64,000 nt of DNA from contig DATJOZ010000062.1 of assembly GCA_035506655.1 (NCBI GenBank), positions 3,619 through 67,618 on the forward strand. Direction: 5' to 3'. The position numbers and the translations under genes are program-made. Under the pieces are notes generated by a model that made no database searches, had not been told where the DNA came from, and saw nothing but the letters and a program-made list of their open reading frames with translations. Source of the stretch: Gaiellaceae bacterium (GTDB lineage: Bacteria > Actinomycetota > Thermoleophilia > Gaiellales > Gaiellaceae). Numbering within the stretch: position 1 is the stretch's first letter; each line of letters starts with the position of its first letter. Positions 42,337 to 52,083 of this stretch are shown here, piece by piece.

Positions 42337-42999
42337 CTACGCCCGTCTCGTGCGTCCGCCGCCGAAGAGCGACAGGAAGAAGGTGAAGACGTTGAGCATG
42401 TCGACGAAGATCGATGCCGCGAGCAGTGGTGCGCTGTCGTCGTCGGTCGTCAGCCGAAGCCGCTGGAAGTCGAACATGACGTAGCCGGCGAAGACCACGA
42501 GCCCGAGGATCGAGTAGACGCGTTCACCGCCCGGGATCTGCGCGAAGATCAGCACGATCCCGTACACGATGAGGCCGACGAGCGCCCAGAAGAGCACGCG
42601 GGCGTAGACGGACAGGTCCCGGCGCGTCGCGTACCCGGCGGCTCCGAAGCCCGCGACGAACAGCGCCGTCGCGCCGCCGGCCTGCCAGACCGCCTGCGGG
42701 CTCGTGTGCGCGTAGTACGCGATCGTCGGCGCCATCGCCAGCCCGACGAGCAGACCGAACAGGAAGAGCAGTCCGACGCCGATCTCCTCGCCGGCACGTA
42801 CCCCGAAACTGATCCCGACCAGGCACGCGAGGGATGCGACCCAGAAGGCGAGGCCCCAGCCGAAGGACAAGTTCCGCCCCAGGTAGGCACCGAGCGCGAA
42901 GACACCGGTCGTGGCGGCGACGAGGCCCATCGTCTGCGCGAACACGGTGCTTCCCTCGGCCCGTGCCGCGAGTGAGCTCCTTGTCAGCTGGTCGCTCAT
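42337..42999 (-). CDS. Bax-inhibitor-1/YccA-family membrane protein
   Basis: ATG 42999 follows GAAAGGAG. It has seven hydrophobic segments and the C-terminal FVDMLNVFTFFLSLFGG typical of BI-1. Confidence 0.85.
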   Translation of the reverse strand: MSDQLTRSSLAARAEGSTVFAQTMGLVAATTGVFALGAYLGRNLSFGWGLAFWVASLACLVGISFGVRAGEEIGVGLLFLFGLLVGLAMAPTIAYYAHTSPQAVWQAGGATALFVAGFGAAGYATRRDLSVYARVLFWALVGLIVYGIVLIFAQIPGGERVYSILGLVVFAGYVMFDFQRLRLTTDDDSAPLLAASIFVDMLNVFTFFLSLFGGGRTRRA

Positions 43000-43110
43000 G
43001 CGACGCTCCTTTCGGTTCCTCGACAACCGCCCGAGCATCGCCTCGGCCTCTGCCACGGCGCTGCCACCGGGCCGCCGTCCTGTGCCGTGCGCGGGACCGG
43101 CGGAGCCCTG

Positions 43111-44616
43111 TCAGGCGTTTCCGGCGACCGCGTGGAACGCGTGGTTCCAGCGGAGCTCGCGCGTGAGGTCGCGCATCCGCGTCTCGCCGTCGATGAGCAC
43201 CAGCTCGATTCCGAGCATCTCGGCGAGGTCGGCGAGGGCGTCGCTCCCGACCTGATCCGTCAAGACCGTATGGTGCGACCCGCCGGCGACGAGCCACGCC
43301 TCGGCGGCCGTCGAGAGATCGGGCTTCGGCCGCCACAGCGCACGCGCGACGGGCAGCCTCGGCAGCGGCCGCTCCTGGGCGACGAGATCCACCTCGTTCA
43401 CGAGCAGCCGGAAGCGGTCTCCGAGATCGACGAGAGCCGCGACGACGGCGGGGCCGCTTCGGGCGGTGAACACGAGCCGTACGGGATCGCCGCGGCCGCC
43501 GATCGACAGCGGGTGGATCTCGCACGAGGGACGCTCGTCCGTGATCGAGGGACAGACCTCGAGCATGTGCGCGCCGAGCACCAGCTCGCGGCCGGGGGTG
43601 AGGTCGTACGTGTAGTCCTCCATGAACGAGCTGCCGCCGGCGAGCCCGTTCCCCATGACCTTGACCGCGCGCACGAGGGCGGCGGTCTTCCAGTCGCCTT
43701 CCGCGCCGAACCCGTAGCCGTCGGCCATCAGCCGTTGCACCGCGATCCCCGGGAGCTGCGGCAGGGCGCCGAGGTCCTCGAACGTGTCGGTGAAGGCGGC
43801 GAAGCCGCGCGCGCCGAGAAACGTGCGGAGTCCCGCCTCGATCCGCGCGGCCTCGCGCAGGGACGTGCGGCGCTCGCCTCCCTCGCGCAGCACAGGGACG
43901 AGGTCGTATCGCTCCTCGTACTCGCGGAGCAGATCGTCGACCTCGGCTTCCGAGGTCTCGCGCACGGCGTTCGCGAGGTCGTCCACGCCGTGGCCGTGAA
44001 CGGCGGTGCCGAGGCGCAACTGCGCCTCGACCCTGTCGCCGTCGGTCACCGCGACCTGTCGCATGTTGTCGCCGAATCGCACGACCTGGAGCTGCCGGAG
44101 CTCACGCTCGCCGCATGCCGCTCTCGCCCACGTGCCGATCCGCCGTGCGACGACGGGATCCGACCAGTGCCCGACGACCGTCTTGCGACGCAGGCCCATC
44201 CGCGTCTGCATGAACCCGAGCTCGCGGTCGCCGTGCGCCGACTGGTTCAGGTTCATGAACTCCATGTCGATCTCCGCCCACGGCAGCTCGCGATCGAACT
44301 GCGTGTGCAGGTGGAGCAGCGGCTTGCGCAGCGCGGCGAGACCTGCGATCCACATCTTCGCCGGCGAGAACGTGTGCATCCAGATCACGACGCCGACACA
44401 CCCGTCGTCGGCGTTCGCCTCGAGACAGAGACGGCGGATCGAGTCGGGCGAGAGAACGGCGCCGCGGTCACGCACGCGCACGGGGATCTCCGGTTCGGCG
44501 TCGAGCGAGGCGGCGACCGCGCGTGCGTGCTCCTCCACGATCGCGACAACTGCGGCGCCGTACAGGTCCTGCGTGCCGGCGACGAACCAGAGCTCGAGCT
44601 CGCCGAACGGCTTCAC
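43111..44616 (-). CDS. araA: L-arabinose isomerase
   Basis: GTG 44616 overlaps the upstream stop (GTGA). 501 aa, colinear with E. coli AraA (WMHTFSPAKMW, EFMNLNQSAHGDRE, RFGDNMR.VAVTDGD, FMEDYTY, GAHMLEVCPS). Confidence 0.92.
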   Translation of the reverse strand: MKPFGELELWFVAGTQDLYGAAVVAIVEEHARAVAASLDAEPEIPVRVRDRGAVLSPDSIRRLCLEANADDGCVGVVIWMHTFSPAKMWIAGLAALRKPLLHLHTQFDRELPWAEIDMEFMNLNQSAHGDRELGFMQTRMGLRRKTVVGHWSDPVVARRIGTWARAACGERELRQLQVVRFGDNMRQVAVTDGDRVEAQLRLGTAVHGHGVDDLANAVRETSEAEVDDLLREYEERYDLVPVLREGGERRTSLREAARIEAGLRTFLGARGFAAFTDTFEDLGALPQLPGIAVQRLMADGYGFGAEGDWKTAALVRAVKVMGNGLAGGSSFMEDYTYDLTPGRELVLGAHMLEVCPSITDERPSCEIHPLSIGGRGDPVRLVFTARSGPAVVAALVDLGDRFRLLVNEVDLVAQERPLPRLPVARALWRPKPDLSTAAEAWLVAGGSHHTVLTDQVGSDALADLAEMLGIELVLIDGETRMRDLTRELRWNHAFHAVAGNA

Positions 44617-45818
44617 GCGATCGAGAGGCCGGTTCCGGAGTCGAAGAAGTGAAGCGCGCGGCGGTCGATCGACACCTCGACCGTCTCCCCCTCGACGACG
44701 CGGGAACGGGGGCCGAAGCGGCCGACGAGCGTCGCCACCGCGGGCTGCGTCCCCGACACGTACTGCTCGAGCATGCGGTCGTCCCCGACGTCTTCTGCGA
44801 GCTCGCGCACCTCGTCCGTCATCGCCTGACGGGCGGCGACCTCGAAGTGGACGAGCATCTCCGAGCCGAGCGCCTCGCGGATCTCGACGCGCCCGGTCAG
44901 CCGGGGTCTCCCGTCGCCGTTTGCGAGCGAGGCGTCCTCGAGGTCCTCCGGCCGGATACCGAGGACGATGTCCCGGCCCTCGTAGCCGACGAGCGCCGGC
45001 CGCCGGTCGAGTGTCTCGTCGTCGAGCGGCACCGCCGCATCGCCGAGCGCGGCGACGAGGTTGCCGTCCCGTCGCTCGATCCGCGCCTCGAGCATGTTCA
45101 TCGCCGGGCTGCCGATGAAGCCCCCGACGAAGACGTTCGCAGGGTTGTCGTACATCTCCTGCGGCGCGGCGACCTGCTGGAGCTTCCCCTTCCGCATCAC
45201 GGCGACGCGATGTCCCATCGTCATCGCCTCGACCTGGTCGTGGGTGACGTAGATCGTCGTCACGCCGAGGTCGCTCTGCAGCTTCTTGATGTCGGCGCGC
45301 ATCTGCACCCGCAGCTTCGCGTCGAGGTTCGAGAGCGGCTCGTCCATCAGGAACGCGGCCGGCTCCCGCACGATCGCGCGTCCCATCGCGACCCGCTGCC
45401 GCTGCCCTCCCGAGAGCGCGCGGGGCTTGCGCTTCAGCAGCGCCTCCAGATCGAGGATTCGCGCCGCACCGTCGACGCGCCGCTCGATCTCGGTCTTCGG
45501 CGTCCGCTTGATCTTCAACGCGAACGCGATGTTGTCGTAGACGCTGAGGTGCGGGTAGAGCGCGTAGCTCTGGAACACCATCGCGATGTCGCGGCTCTTC
45601 GGCGTGAGCTCGTTGACGACCTTGTCGCCGATCCGGACGATGCCGTCCGTGATCTCCTCGAGCCCCGCGACCATCCGCAGGGCCGTCGTCTTTCCGCATC
45701 CCGACGGCCCGACGAGGACCATGAACTCGCCGTCCGCGACCTCGAGGTCGAGCTCGTCGACCGCGCGGATTCCGTCGCCGTAGATCTTCGTCACGCGTTC
45801 GAAGGCAACCCGGGCCAT
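44613..45818 (-). CDS. sugar ABC transporter ATP-binding protein (MsiK/UgpC-like)
   Basis: GPSGCGKTT, LSGGQRQRVAM and FLMDEPLS are present, with a C-terminal TOBE-like domain. Confidence 0.92.
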   Translation of the reverse strand: MARVAFERVTKIYGDGIRAVDELDLEVADGEFMVLVGPSGCGKTTALRMVAGLEEITDGIVRIGDKVVNELTPKSRDIAMVFQSYALYPHLSVYDNIAFALKIKRTPKTEIERRVDGAARILDLEALLKRKPRALSGGQRQRVAMGRAIVREPAAFLMDEPLSNLDAKLRVQMRADIKKLQSDLGVTTIYVTHDQVEAMTMGHRVAVMRKGKLQQVAAPQEMYDNPANVFVGGFIGSPAMNMLEARIERRDGNLVAALGDAAVPLDDETLDRRPALVGYEGRDIVLGIRPEDLEDASLANGDGRPRLTGRVEIREALGSEMLVHFEVAARQAMTDEVRELAEDVGDDRMLEQYVSGTQPAVATLVGRFGPRSRVVEGETVEVSIDRRALHFFDSGTGLSIA

Positions 45819-45830
45819 TGCATCACTCCT

Positions 45831-46703
45831 TCACTGCTTGACCGCTCCGCCGAGCATGCCGCGGACGAGTGACCGCTGCGACAGGAGGAAGACGATCGCG
45901 ACGGGGACGACGGCGAGGAGCGTCGCGAGCGCGAGCTCGGGGCGGAAGATGTTCACCGTCTGCCCACCGCCGCCCTGCGCGGGGTTGAAGGACGGCGTCG
46001 ACGAGAGGAGATCGGACAGACCGACCTGGATCGGGTACTGCTTCGAGTCCGCGAGGACCGTGAGCGGCAGGAAGAAGTTGTTCCAGTCGGCGACGAAGCT
46101 GAAGAAGAACACGAGCGCGACGACGGGCTTCGCGAGCGGCAGCGCGATGCGCTGAAAGGTCTGCCACTCGCTGCAACCGTCGACGCGCGACGCGTCGAGC
46201 AGATCCTTCGGAAGCGCGGTGGCGTAGTAGATGTACGCGAGATACACCCCGAACGGGAAGAACGAGAACGGCAGGATCACCGAGAAGACGCTGCCGATCA
46301 GATGGAGCGCGTCGAGCTCGAGGAAGATCGGGAGCACGAGGGCCGCGCCCGGCATGATCATCGCCACGAGCGTCAGCGTCAGAATCACCTTGCGGCCCGG
46401 AAAGTTCCCGAGCGCGAGACCGTATCCGGCCGGAACGCCGACCGCGACCGTGATCGCGGTGGCAGTCAGGGCATAGAAGAGCGAGTTGAGGATCCAGCGC
46501 CTGTAGATGTGGTCGCTGAAGGCGTCGAGGTGCTTCCACGCGAGCCAGACCTGATGGAAGCTGCCGAAGGAGAGCGGGCTGTGACTGACGAGCGCGCCGT
46601 CGCTCTTCGTCGGGGCGAGGACGAGCCAGACGACGGGCACGATGAAGAACGCCGCGAAGGTGATCAGCACGAGCAGGCGAACGCCGAGAGCCGTGTGCCG
46701 CAT
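45831..46703 (-). CDS. carbohydrate ABC transporter permease (CUT1)
   Basis: ATG 46703 shares one nt with the upstream stop (TGATG). It has the EAA loop ASRVDGCSEWQTFQRIALPLAKP. Confidence 0.88.
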   Translation of the reverse strand: MRHTALGVRLLVLITFAAFFIVPVVWLVLAPTKSDGALVSHSPLSFGSFHQVWLAWKHLDAFSDHIYRRWILNSLFYALTATAITVAVGVPAGYGLALGNFPGRKVILTLTLVAMIMPGAALVLPIFLELDALHLIGSVFSVILPFSFFPFGVYLAYIYYATALPKDLLDASRVDGCSEWQTFQRIALPLAKPVVALVFFFSFVADWNNFFLPLTVLADSKQYPIQVGLSDLLSSTPSFNPAQGGGGQTVNIFRPELALATLLAVVPVAIVFLLSQRSLVRGMLGGAVKQ

Positions 46704-47617
46704 CAGTCGTCCGTCCTGAAGAGCCCCGTCCACGTGACGATCACCGCGGCCGCGACGAGCCCGATCAGCAGCAGGTCGGCGGCGATCGCGGCGGCGGCGT
46801 TGAAGTCCGCGTACCGGAACGCGAGCTGGTACGCGAGCTGGTTCGGCGACCAGGTGTCCGGGACGAGGCCGAGACTTGCCTGGTTCACGAGCTGCGGCTC
46901 CACGAAGAGCTGGGTGCCGGTCGCGAACGAGAGGATCACCATGTAGGCGATCCACTTCCGGATCAGCGGAAGCTTCAGCCGGAACGCGATCGTGAATGGA
47001 CCGGCGCCGTCGATGCGCGCCGCCTCCTCGAGGTCGGGCGGGATCGTGTTCAGCGCTCCGTACATGACGACGATCCAGCCGCCCGCGCCGGTCCAGAACG
47101 CGATCATCGCGAAGACGTACGGCAGGCGTGCGGGCGCGATCGCCTGCGCGAAGAGGGTCGCCCCGAAGACGTGATGGAGAATGAACGAGCCGGGGCTCAC
47201 GACCGGGTCGAGCATGAAGAGCCAGACGAGAACCGACGCGGCGCCCGCGAGCGCGCCCGGGATGTAATAGAGGAACCGGAACGTGGAGGCCGTCCGCCCG
47301 ACGCGTCCGTGCAGGAGGAGCACCAGCCCGACGACGAGCACGACGAGCGCGGCAAGCCACACCGTGGTGTAGAGGAGGATGTGCTTGAACGCGGGGACGA
47401 ACCGGTAGTCGTGGTAGGTCCTGACGAAGTTGTGGAACCCGACCCAGCCGCCGCCGACGTTCGTGAACGCGAGGTCGAGCGCATAGATCGTCGGCGCGAT
47501 CCCGAACGCGATCAGGAACGGCAGATACGGCAGAACGAATGGAAGCCCCCGGGGGACGCGGAGGCCGCGCACCCGCGCGGCCACCGCGTGCTCCCCGGAA
47601 AGGGCTGACGAGCTCAC
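46703..47617 (-). CDS. carbohydrate ABC transporter permease (CUT1)
   Basis: GTG 47617 lies 4 nt after the SBP stop. It has the EAA loop EAARIDGAGPFTIAFRLKLPLIRK. Confidence 0.85.
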   Translation of the reverse strand: MSSSALSGEHAVAARVRGLRVPRGLPFVLPYLPFLIAFGIAPTIYALDLAFTNVGGGWVGFHNFVRTYHDYRFVPAFKHILLYTTVWLAALVVLVVGLVLLLHGRVGRTASTFRFLYYIPGALAGAASVLVWLFMLDPVVSPGSFILHHVFGATLFAQAIAPARLPYVFAMIAFWTGAGGWIVVMYGALNTIPPDLEEAARIDGAGPFTIAFRLKLPLIRKWIAYMVILSFATGTQLFVEPQLVNQASLGLVPDTWSPNQLAYQLAFRYADFNAAAAIAADLLLIGLVAAAVIVTWTGLFRTDD

Positions 47618-47621
47618 GCCG

Positions 47622-48956
47622 TCAGTGTGATACGACCTTGTATCCCGCAGCCTGCGCCGCCTGCGACAGCCCCTGCCCGAGCGCCGGGAGGAGCGAGCTG
47701 AGCGACTTGCCGGCAACGAGCTGCGTGACGACGCTGTTCGACCAGACCGGCTGGTCCGGGTAGGTCACGAGCCCCCAGCCCTTCCAGATCTGGTTCGACG
47801 CCTTTCCGATCGCCGCGCCGGGAGGCGCCGCGAAGAACGGATCCTTGCCGAGCCAGGCGAGCCACGCCTTCGCGGCGGGGCCGTAGGACGGAAGCCCCGG
47901 GGCGATGGCGCTGTAGTTCGCCACCTTCGTGTTCAGCTTCGCCGCGGCCACGTTCCACTGCACGAAGTCGACGGCCGCGGCCATGTTCTTCGTGTGCTTG
48001 GAGATGATCCACGGGCCGCCGCCGACCTGCCCGGTGACGACCGGCTCGGTTCCCCAGCGCAGGGGCGTCGACGTCGTCCACTCGCCGGCCGGCAGCTTCA
48101 GCGTGTCGCGGAACACCGCGAGCGCATACCACGCCGGGCCCGGCATCATCAAGACCTTGTCGGCGTCGCCGCCGTACTGCTTGGCGAAGTCGGGGGAGAA
48201 CACGGTCACGTCCGAGACCGACTTGTCCGCGAGCAGCGGGTCGAGCAGGTTCGCCATCCGGGTGCAGTGCGAGTCGGCCGCGTTGATGAGGACGGTGTTC
48301 GGCCCCTTCAGCGTCGAGAGCGGGCACTGGTCGGCCCAGAGGTAGAGCCAGTGGCCGTAGGAGTCGCCGACCGTCCCGATGATGTAGCCCGGGTGCTTCT
48401 TCGCCACGTCGGCGCCGATCTGCGCCCACTGCTGCCACGTGGTCGGGACCTGGTAGCCGAACTGGGACATGAGCTTCTTGTTGTAGTACAGGACTTCCGG
48501 CGCGAGGTTGTCCTGGATGCAGACGAGGTGCCCGTTCACGGTGCACTGCGCGATCGACGGCGCCGGGATCTGCTTGACGATCTTCGTCGGGAAGACGTTG
48601 TTCTCGAGGTCGGCGGCGTAGTCGAACGGCTTCTGCGCCATCCACACCGGATCGTTGACCTGCTCGCTGAAGATGACGTCCGGCCAGCCGTGGCCCGTGC
48701 GGTTCCACAGCTGGATCTTCGCCTGCAACGTCGTCGCGCCGTTCGAGTCGCCGTCGAACGTGACGATGTTCAGGTGCACGTTCGGATGCGTCTTCTGGTA
48801 GAGCTTGGCCGCCGGCAGGCGGACCGAGTCCACCCAGACGGTGAGGGAACCCGAGGCCGCCTTGGAGCGAGCGCTCCCGGCGGCAGCTGTGGCCAAGGCT
48901 GTCGTGGCGAAGACGACGAGCGCCACGAATGCCAGCCACCGACGGTTGAACTTCAT
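47622..48956 (-). CDS. sugar ABC transporter substrate-binding protein (CUT1)
   Basis: ATG 48956 follows GGGAGGG. It has the signal peptide MKFNRRWLAFVALVVFATTALATAAAG. Confidence 0.85.
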   Translation of the reverse strand: MKFNRRWLAFVALVVFATTALATAAAGSARSKAASGSLTVWVDSVRLPAAKLYQKTHPNVHLNIVTFDGDSNGATTLQAKIQLWNRTGHGWPDVIFSEQVNDPVWMAQKPFDYAADLENNVFPTKIVKQIPAPSIAQCTVNGHLVCIQDNLAPEVLYYNKKLMSQFGYQVPTTWQQWAQIGADVAKKHPGYIIGTVGDSYGHWLYLWADQCPLSTLKGPNTVLINAADSHCTRMANLLDPLLADKSVSDVTVFSPDFAKQYGGDADKVLMMPGPAWYALAVFRDTLKLPAGEWTTSTPLRWGTEPVVTGQVGGGPWIISKHTKNMAAAVDFVQWNVAAAKLNTKVANYSAIAPGLPSYGPAAKAWLAWLGKDPFFAAPPGAAIGKASNQIWKGWGLVTYPDQPVWSNSVVTQLVAGKSLSSLLPALGQGLSQAAQAAGYKVVSH

Positions 48957-49000
48957 CGACCCTCCCTTTCCCTTCGTTTTGCCTTCCGGCATGTCGTGGT

Positions 49001-50074
49001 TCAGCTGAGCGACGCCGCGTGCGTCTCGTAGACGAATTCCGGGAGTTCGATTCCCGGCGTGGCAGGCGCTCGTACGACCCCGTCGGACAACACCCTCGGC
49101 TCGCGGACCACGGGGTTAGACGTCACGAGCGACTCGTAGTAGGTGCAGTTCGGAACGGCCATGCAGAGATGCACTGCAGGCTCCGTCGGACCGTGCACTT
49201 CGGCGCGCAAGCGGTATGAGTCGGCGAGATGCGCGATGCGCATCGCACCCGTGATCCCGCCTCGATGGTTTGCGCTCGTCCGGACGTAGGTCGCGCAACC
49301 GGACGCGATGAAATCGGCGGTGTTGAGGTGGCTTCCGTCCGAGGTCTCGCCGACGAGCAGCGGCACCTCGACGCGCTCGGCGAGCCAGCGATACGCGGTG
49401 ACGCTGAACTCGCGCATCGGCTCCTCGTACCAGCGGTAGTCGGCTTCGGCGAGCGCGTCGCCGAGATACACGGCGCTCGGCAGGTCGAAGCCGGCCGAGC
49501 CGTCGTACATGAGGTCGATGTCGGGGCCGACGTGTGCCCGCAGACGCTGACACAGCTCGGCATCCGCCTTCACCTCTCCCCAGGCGTGGAGCTTGATCGC
49601 CCGGAAGCCGAGCTCGAGGCACTGGTCCGCGACCTCGAGGTACTCCTCGACGGACGCGAACGTCGTCGTCGACGCGTAGGCCGGGATCGAGTCCCGGTAC
49701 GTGCCGAGCAGGCGATGGACGGGAACGCCGAAGATCTTCCCCTCGAGGTCCCAGAGCGCGACGTCGACGGCGCCGAAGACCCAGATCGGGAACTCCTCCG
49801 TCCGGTCGAGCTCCCAGAGCCGGTGCCACAGCCACTCCCGCCGGTCCGCCCGCTCCCCGACCAGCTCGGGCCGCAGCACGCGCTCGGCGATGTCGGCGAG
49901 CATCGGGCCGCTCCACTCGTGGTAGGCCTGGCCGACGTGGCCCTCGTCGGTCGTGATCCGCAGCACCGCGGTGGTGCGGGCCGGCGCGGAGCCGCGGAGA
50001 CCCCGCCGCCACGAGTACGACGGGGTGACCGCGGGGCGTGGGATCAACTCGACGTCGATTGCCGCGATGCGCAT
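49001..50074 (-). CDS. enolase-superfamily (mandelate racemase/muconate-lactonizing type) enzyme, probable sugar-acid dehydratase
   Basis: Started at ATG 50074 (MRIAAIDVEL). FRAIKLHAWG, DLMYDGSAG, WYEEP and VGETS provide the metal-ligand and base pattern. Confidence 0.85.
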   Translation of the reverse strand: MRIAAIDVELIPRPAVTPSYSWRRGLRGSAPARTTAVLRITTDEGHVGQAYHEWSGPMLADIAERVLRPELVGERADRREWLWHRLWELDRTEEFPIWVFGAVDVALWDLEGKIFGVPVHRLLGTYRDSIPAYASTTTFASVEEYLEVADQCLELGFRAIKLHAWGEVKADAELCQRLRAHVGPDIDLMYDGSAGFDLPSAVYLGDALAEADYRWYEEPMREFSVTAYRWLAERVEVPLLVGETSDGSHLNTADFIASGCATYVRTSANHRGGITGAMRIAHLADSYRLRAEVHGPTEPAVHLCMAVPNCTYYESLVTSNPVVREPRVLSDGVVRAPATPGIELPEFVYETHAASLS

Positions 50075-50079
50075 CCAGG

Positions 50080-50111
50080 TGATCATCATACGAATGATCA
50101 GCACTTGTCAA
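50080..50111 (-). promoter_or_regulatory. candidate promoter/operator of the enolase-superfamily gene
   Basis: Minus strand reads TTGACA (50111-50106), 15 nt, TATGAT (50090-50085), 10 nt, ATG. The inverted repeat TGATCAT-N7-ATGATCA spans 50080-50100. The spacer is short. Confidence 0.4.
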
Positions 50112-50156
50112 GGCACGGCGCGACGGAGCCGCGGCCGGCGACGGAGGCGGGACGGG

Positions 50157-50954
50157 CTACCGCGCGGCGGTCGCCGTGCGGCGGGCGGGACGACGCCGCT
50201 TCCGCTCGGCCCACGCGCTGTGGATGTGGTCGGAGATCAGCTGGCCGGCGAGCTCGCCGTCGCGCGCGGTGAGCGCGGCGTGGATCGCGCGGTGCGCCGC
50301 GACGGTCCGGGCGAGCGCGGTGCGCGAGGCGCCGGCGGACAACGGCGGAGTCACTCCGCCGTGGCGATGGATCGCGCGCACGATCGTGACCCCGACCTCG
50401 TTCCCGGATGCCTTCATCACGATCGAGTGGAACTCGTTGTCGCACGAGCGGAAACGCTCGTAGTCGTCGTAGGACGCCTCCATCCGGTCGACGCTGTCCG
50501 CGAGCGCGGCGAGCTCGGCGTCGGTGAGCCTGCCCGCGGCCGCGCGCGCCATCTCGCGCTCCATCACCTGACGGACGGCGATCATGTTGTCGAGGAGCGA
50601 GAGATCCGCGTCGTACGCGAGCGCGATCCTGAGCACGACGGGATCGAGCAGGTTCCACGCATCCCGCGGCTGCACGGTCGTTCCGCGCCCCTGCTCGACG
50701 CGAACGAGCCCGCGCTCCTCGAGCAGCTTCAGCGCCTCGCGGACGACGGTTCGGCTGAAGCCGAACTCCTCGCACAGCGCCGGCTCGGTCGGCAGCACCT
50801 CGCCCTCGCGCAGCGTGCCGCCGATGATCTCGTTCGTAAGCTCCTCGACGACGACCGAGGCGAGCCGCCCCGGCCGCCGTGATCCCTTGCCGTCCCGCGC
50901 GAGCAGTCCATGGCCGGCGCTGGGGCGACTGCTTGCTTCCACGCGAAACATCAT
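50157..50954 (-). CDS. GntR/FadR-family transcriptional regulator (FCD domain)
   Basis: It has the winged HTH FSRTVVREALKLLEERGLVRVEQGRG and an FCD-like C-terminus. The start is ATG 50954 or a leaderless GTG 50942. Confidence 0.85.
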   Translation of the reverse strand: MMFRVEASSRPSAGHGLLARDGKGSRRPGRLASVVVEELTNEIIGGTLREGEVLPTEPALCEEFGFSRTVVREALKLLEERGLVRVEQGRGTTVQPRDAWNLLDPVVLRIALAYDADLSLLDNMIAVRQVMEREMARAAAGRLTDAELAALADSVDRMEASYDDYERFRSCDNEFHSIVMKASGNEVGVTIVRAIHRHGGVTPPLSAGASRTALARTVAAHRAIHAALTARDGELAGQLISDHIHSAWAERKRRRPARRTATAAR

Positions 50955-50955
50955 A
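50942..50955 (-). promoter_or_regulatory. copy of the TATGATGTTTCGCG element at the GntR gene start
   Basis: Minus strand reads TATGATGTTTCGCG followed by TG, so GTG lies exactly 7 nt after TATGAT. Confidence 0.45.
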
Positions 50956-50979
50956 CGTCCGAACGCGGCGGGCGCAGGA

Positions 50980-52083
50980 CTACCGCTCGACGCGCGGCGC
51001 CCGTCCGGCGACGAGACGCTCGACCTCGGCGTGCGTCGCCATCGACGTGTCCCCGGGGGTCGTCATCGCAAGGGCCCCGTGGGCGACGCCGTACGCCAGT
51101 GCCTCGTCGAGGTCGAGCCCTTCGAGCAGACCGTAGATCAGGCCCGAGGCGAAGGAGTCGCCGCCGCCGACCCGGTCGTAGATCTCGAGCGACGCGAACG
51201 ACGGGCCGACGTGGAATCCGCTCCGCGTGCGACAGACCGCGGACCAGTCGTTGACCGTCGCGGTGCGCGCCTGGCGCAGCGTCGACGCGACGAGCGCGAG
51301 CTGCGGGCGGTCGTCGAGCACGTGTCCGAGGAGACGGTCGTACGCCGACACGTCGAGGTCGAGCAGGCTGTCGTCGGCCCCCTCGAGCGGATAGCCCAGC
51401 GCGGCCGAGAAGTCCTCCTCGTTGCCGAAGAGGACGTCCACGTGATCGACGAGCGCGCGGTTGACACGCGCCGCCGCCTCCGTGCCTCCGTGCGACTTCC
51501 AGAGCGACGGACGGAAGTTCAGGTCGTAGGAGACGACGACGCCGTGCCGGCGCGCCGCCTCGACCGCCTCGAGCGCGAGCGCCGCGGTCGTCTCGGAGAG
51601 ACCGCAGAAGATGCCGCCGGTGTGGAACCACCGGGCGCCCTCGACGCCGAAGATGCGATCCCACTCGACGTCGCCGGGGCGCAGCTGCGACGCGGCCGAG
51701 TTCGCGCGGTCGGAGCACCCGACGGCGCCGCGCACTCCGAAGCCGCGCTCCGTGAAGTTCACGCCGTTGCGCACCTCGCGGCCGATGCCGTCGTACGGTC
51801 GCCAGACGAGCTGGGCCTGGTCGACTCCGCCCTGGAGGATGAGATCCTCGATGAGCCGGCCGACCGGGTTGTCGGCCAGAGCCGTGACGACGCCGGTCCG
51901 GAGGCCGAAGCAGCGCCGCAGGCCGCGGGCGACGTTGTACTCGCCTCCTCCTTCCCACGCGCTGAACGTGCGGGCGGTCGCGATGCGCGCGTCACCCGGG
52001 TCGAGGCGGAGCATCACCTCGCCGAGCGCGACGAGGTCGTAGCGGCACTCCTCGCGCGGACGCAGCGCGAGCAGCCCGGTCAC
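50980..52083 (-). CDS. PfkB-family sugar kinase, probable 2-keto-3-deoxy-gluconate/galactonate kinase
   Basis: GTG 52083 overlaps the eda stop (GTGA). GGGEYNVARGL and DRVGGGDSFASGL are present. Confidence 0.82.
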   Translation of the reverse strand: MTGLLALRPREECRYDLVALGEVMLRLDPGDARIATARTFSAWEGGGEYNVARGLRRCFGLRTGVVTALADNPVGRLIEDLILQGGVDQAQLVWRPYDGIGREVRNGVNFTERGFGVRGAVGCSDRANSAASQLRPGDVEWDRIFGVEGARWFHTGGIFCGLSETTAALALEAVEAARRHGVVVSYDLNFRPSLWKSHGGTEAAARVNRALVDHVDVLFGNEEDFSAALGYPLEGADDSLLDLDVSAYDRLLGHVLDDRPQLALVASTLRQARTATVNDWSAVCRTRSGFHVGPSFASLEIYDRVGGGDSFASGLIYGLLEGLDLDEALAYGVAHGALAMTTPGDTSMATHAEVERLVAGRAPRVER

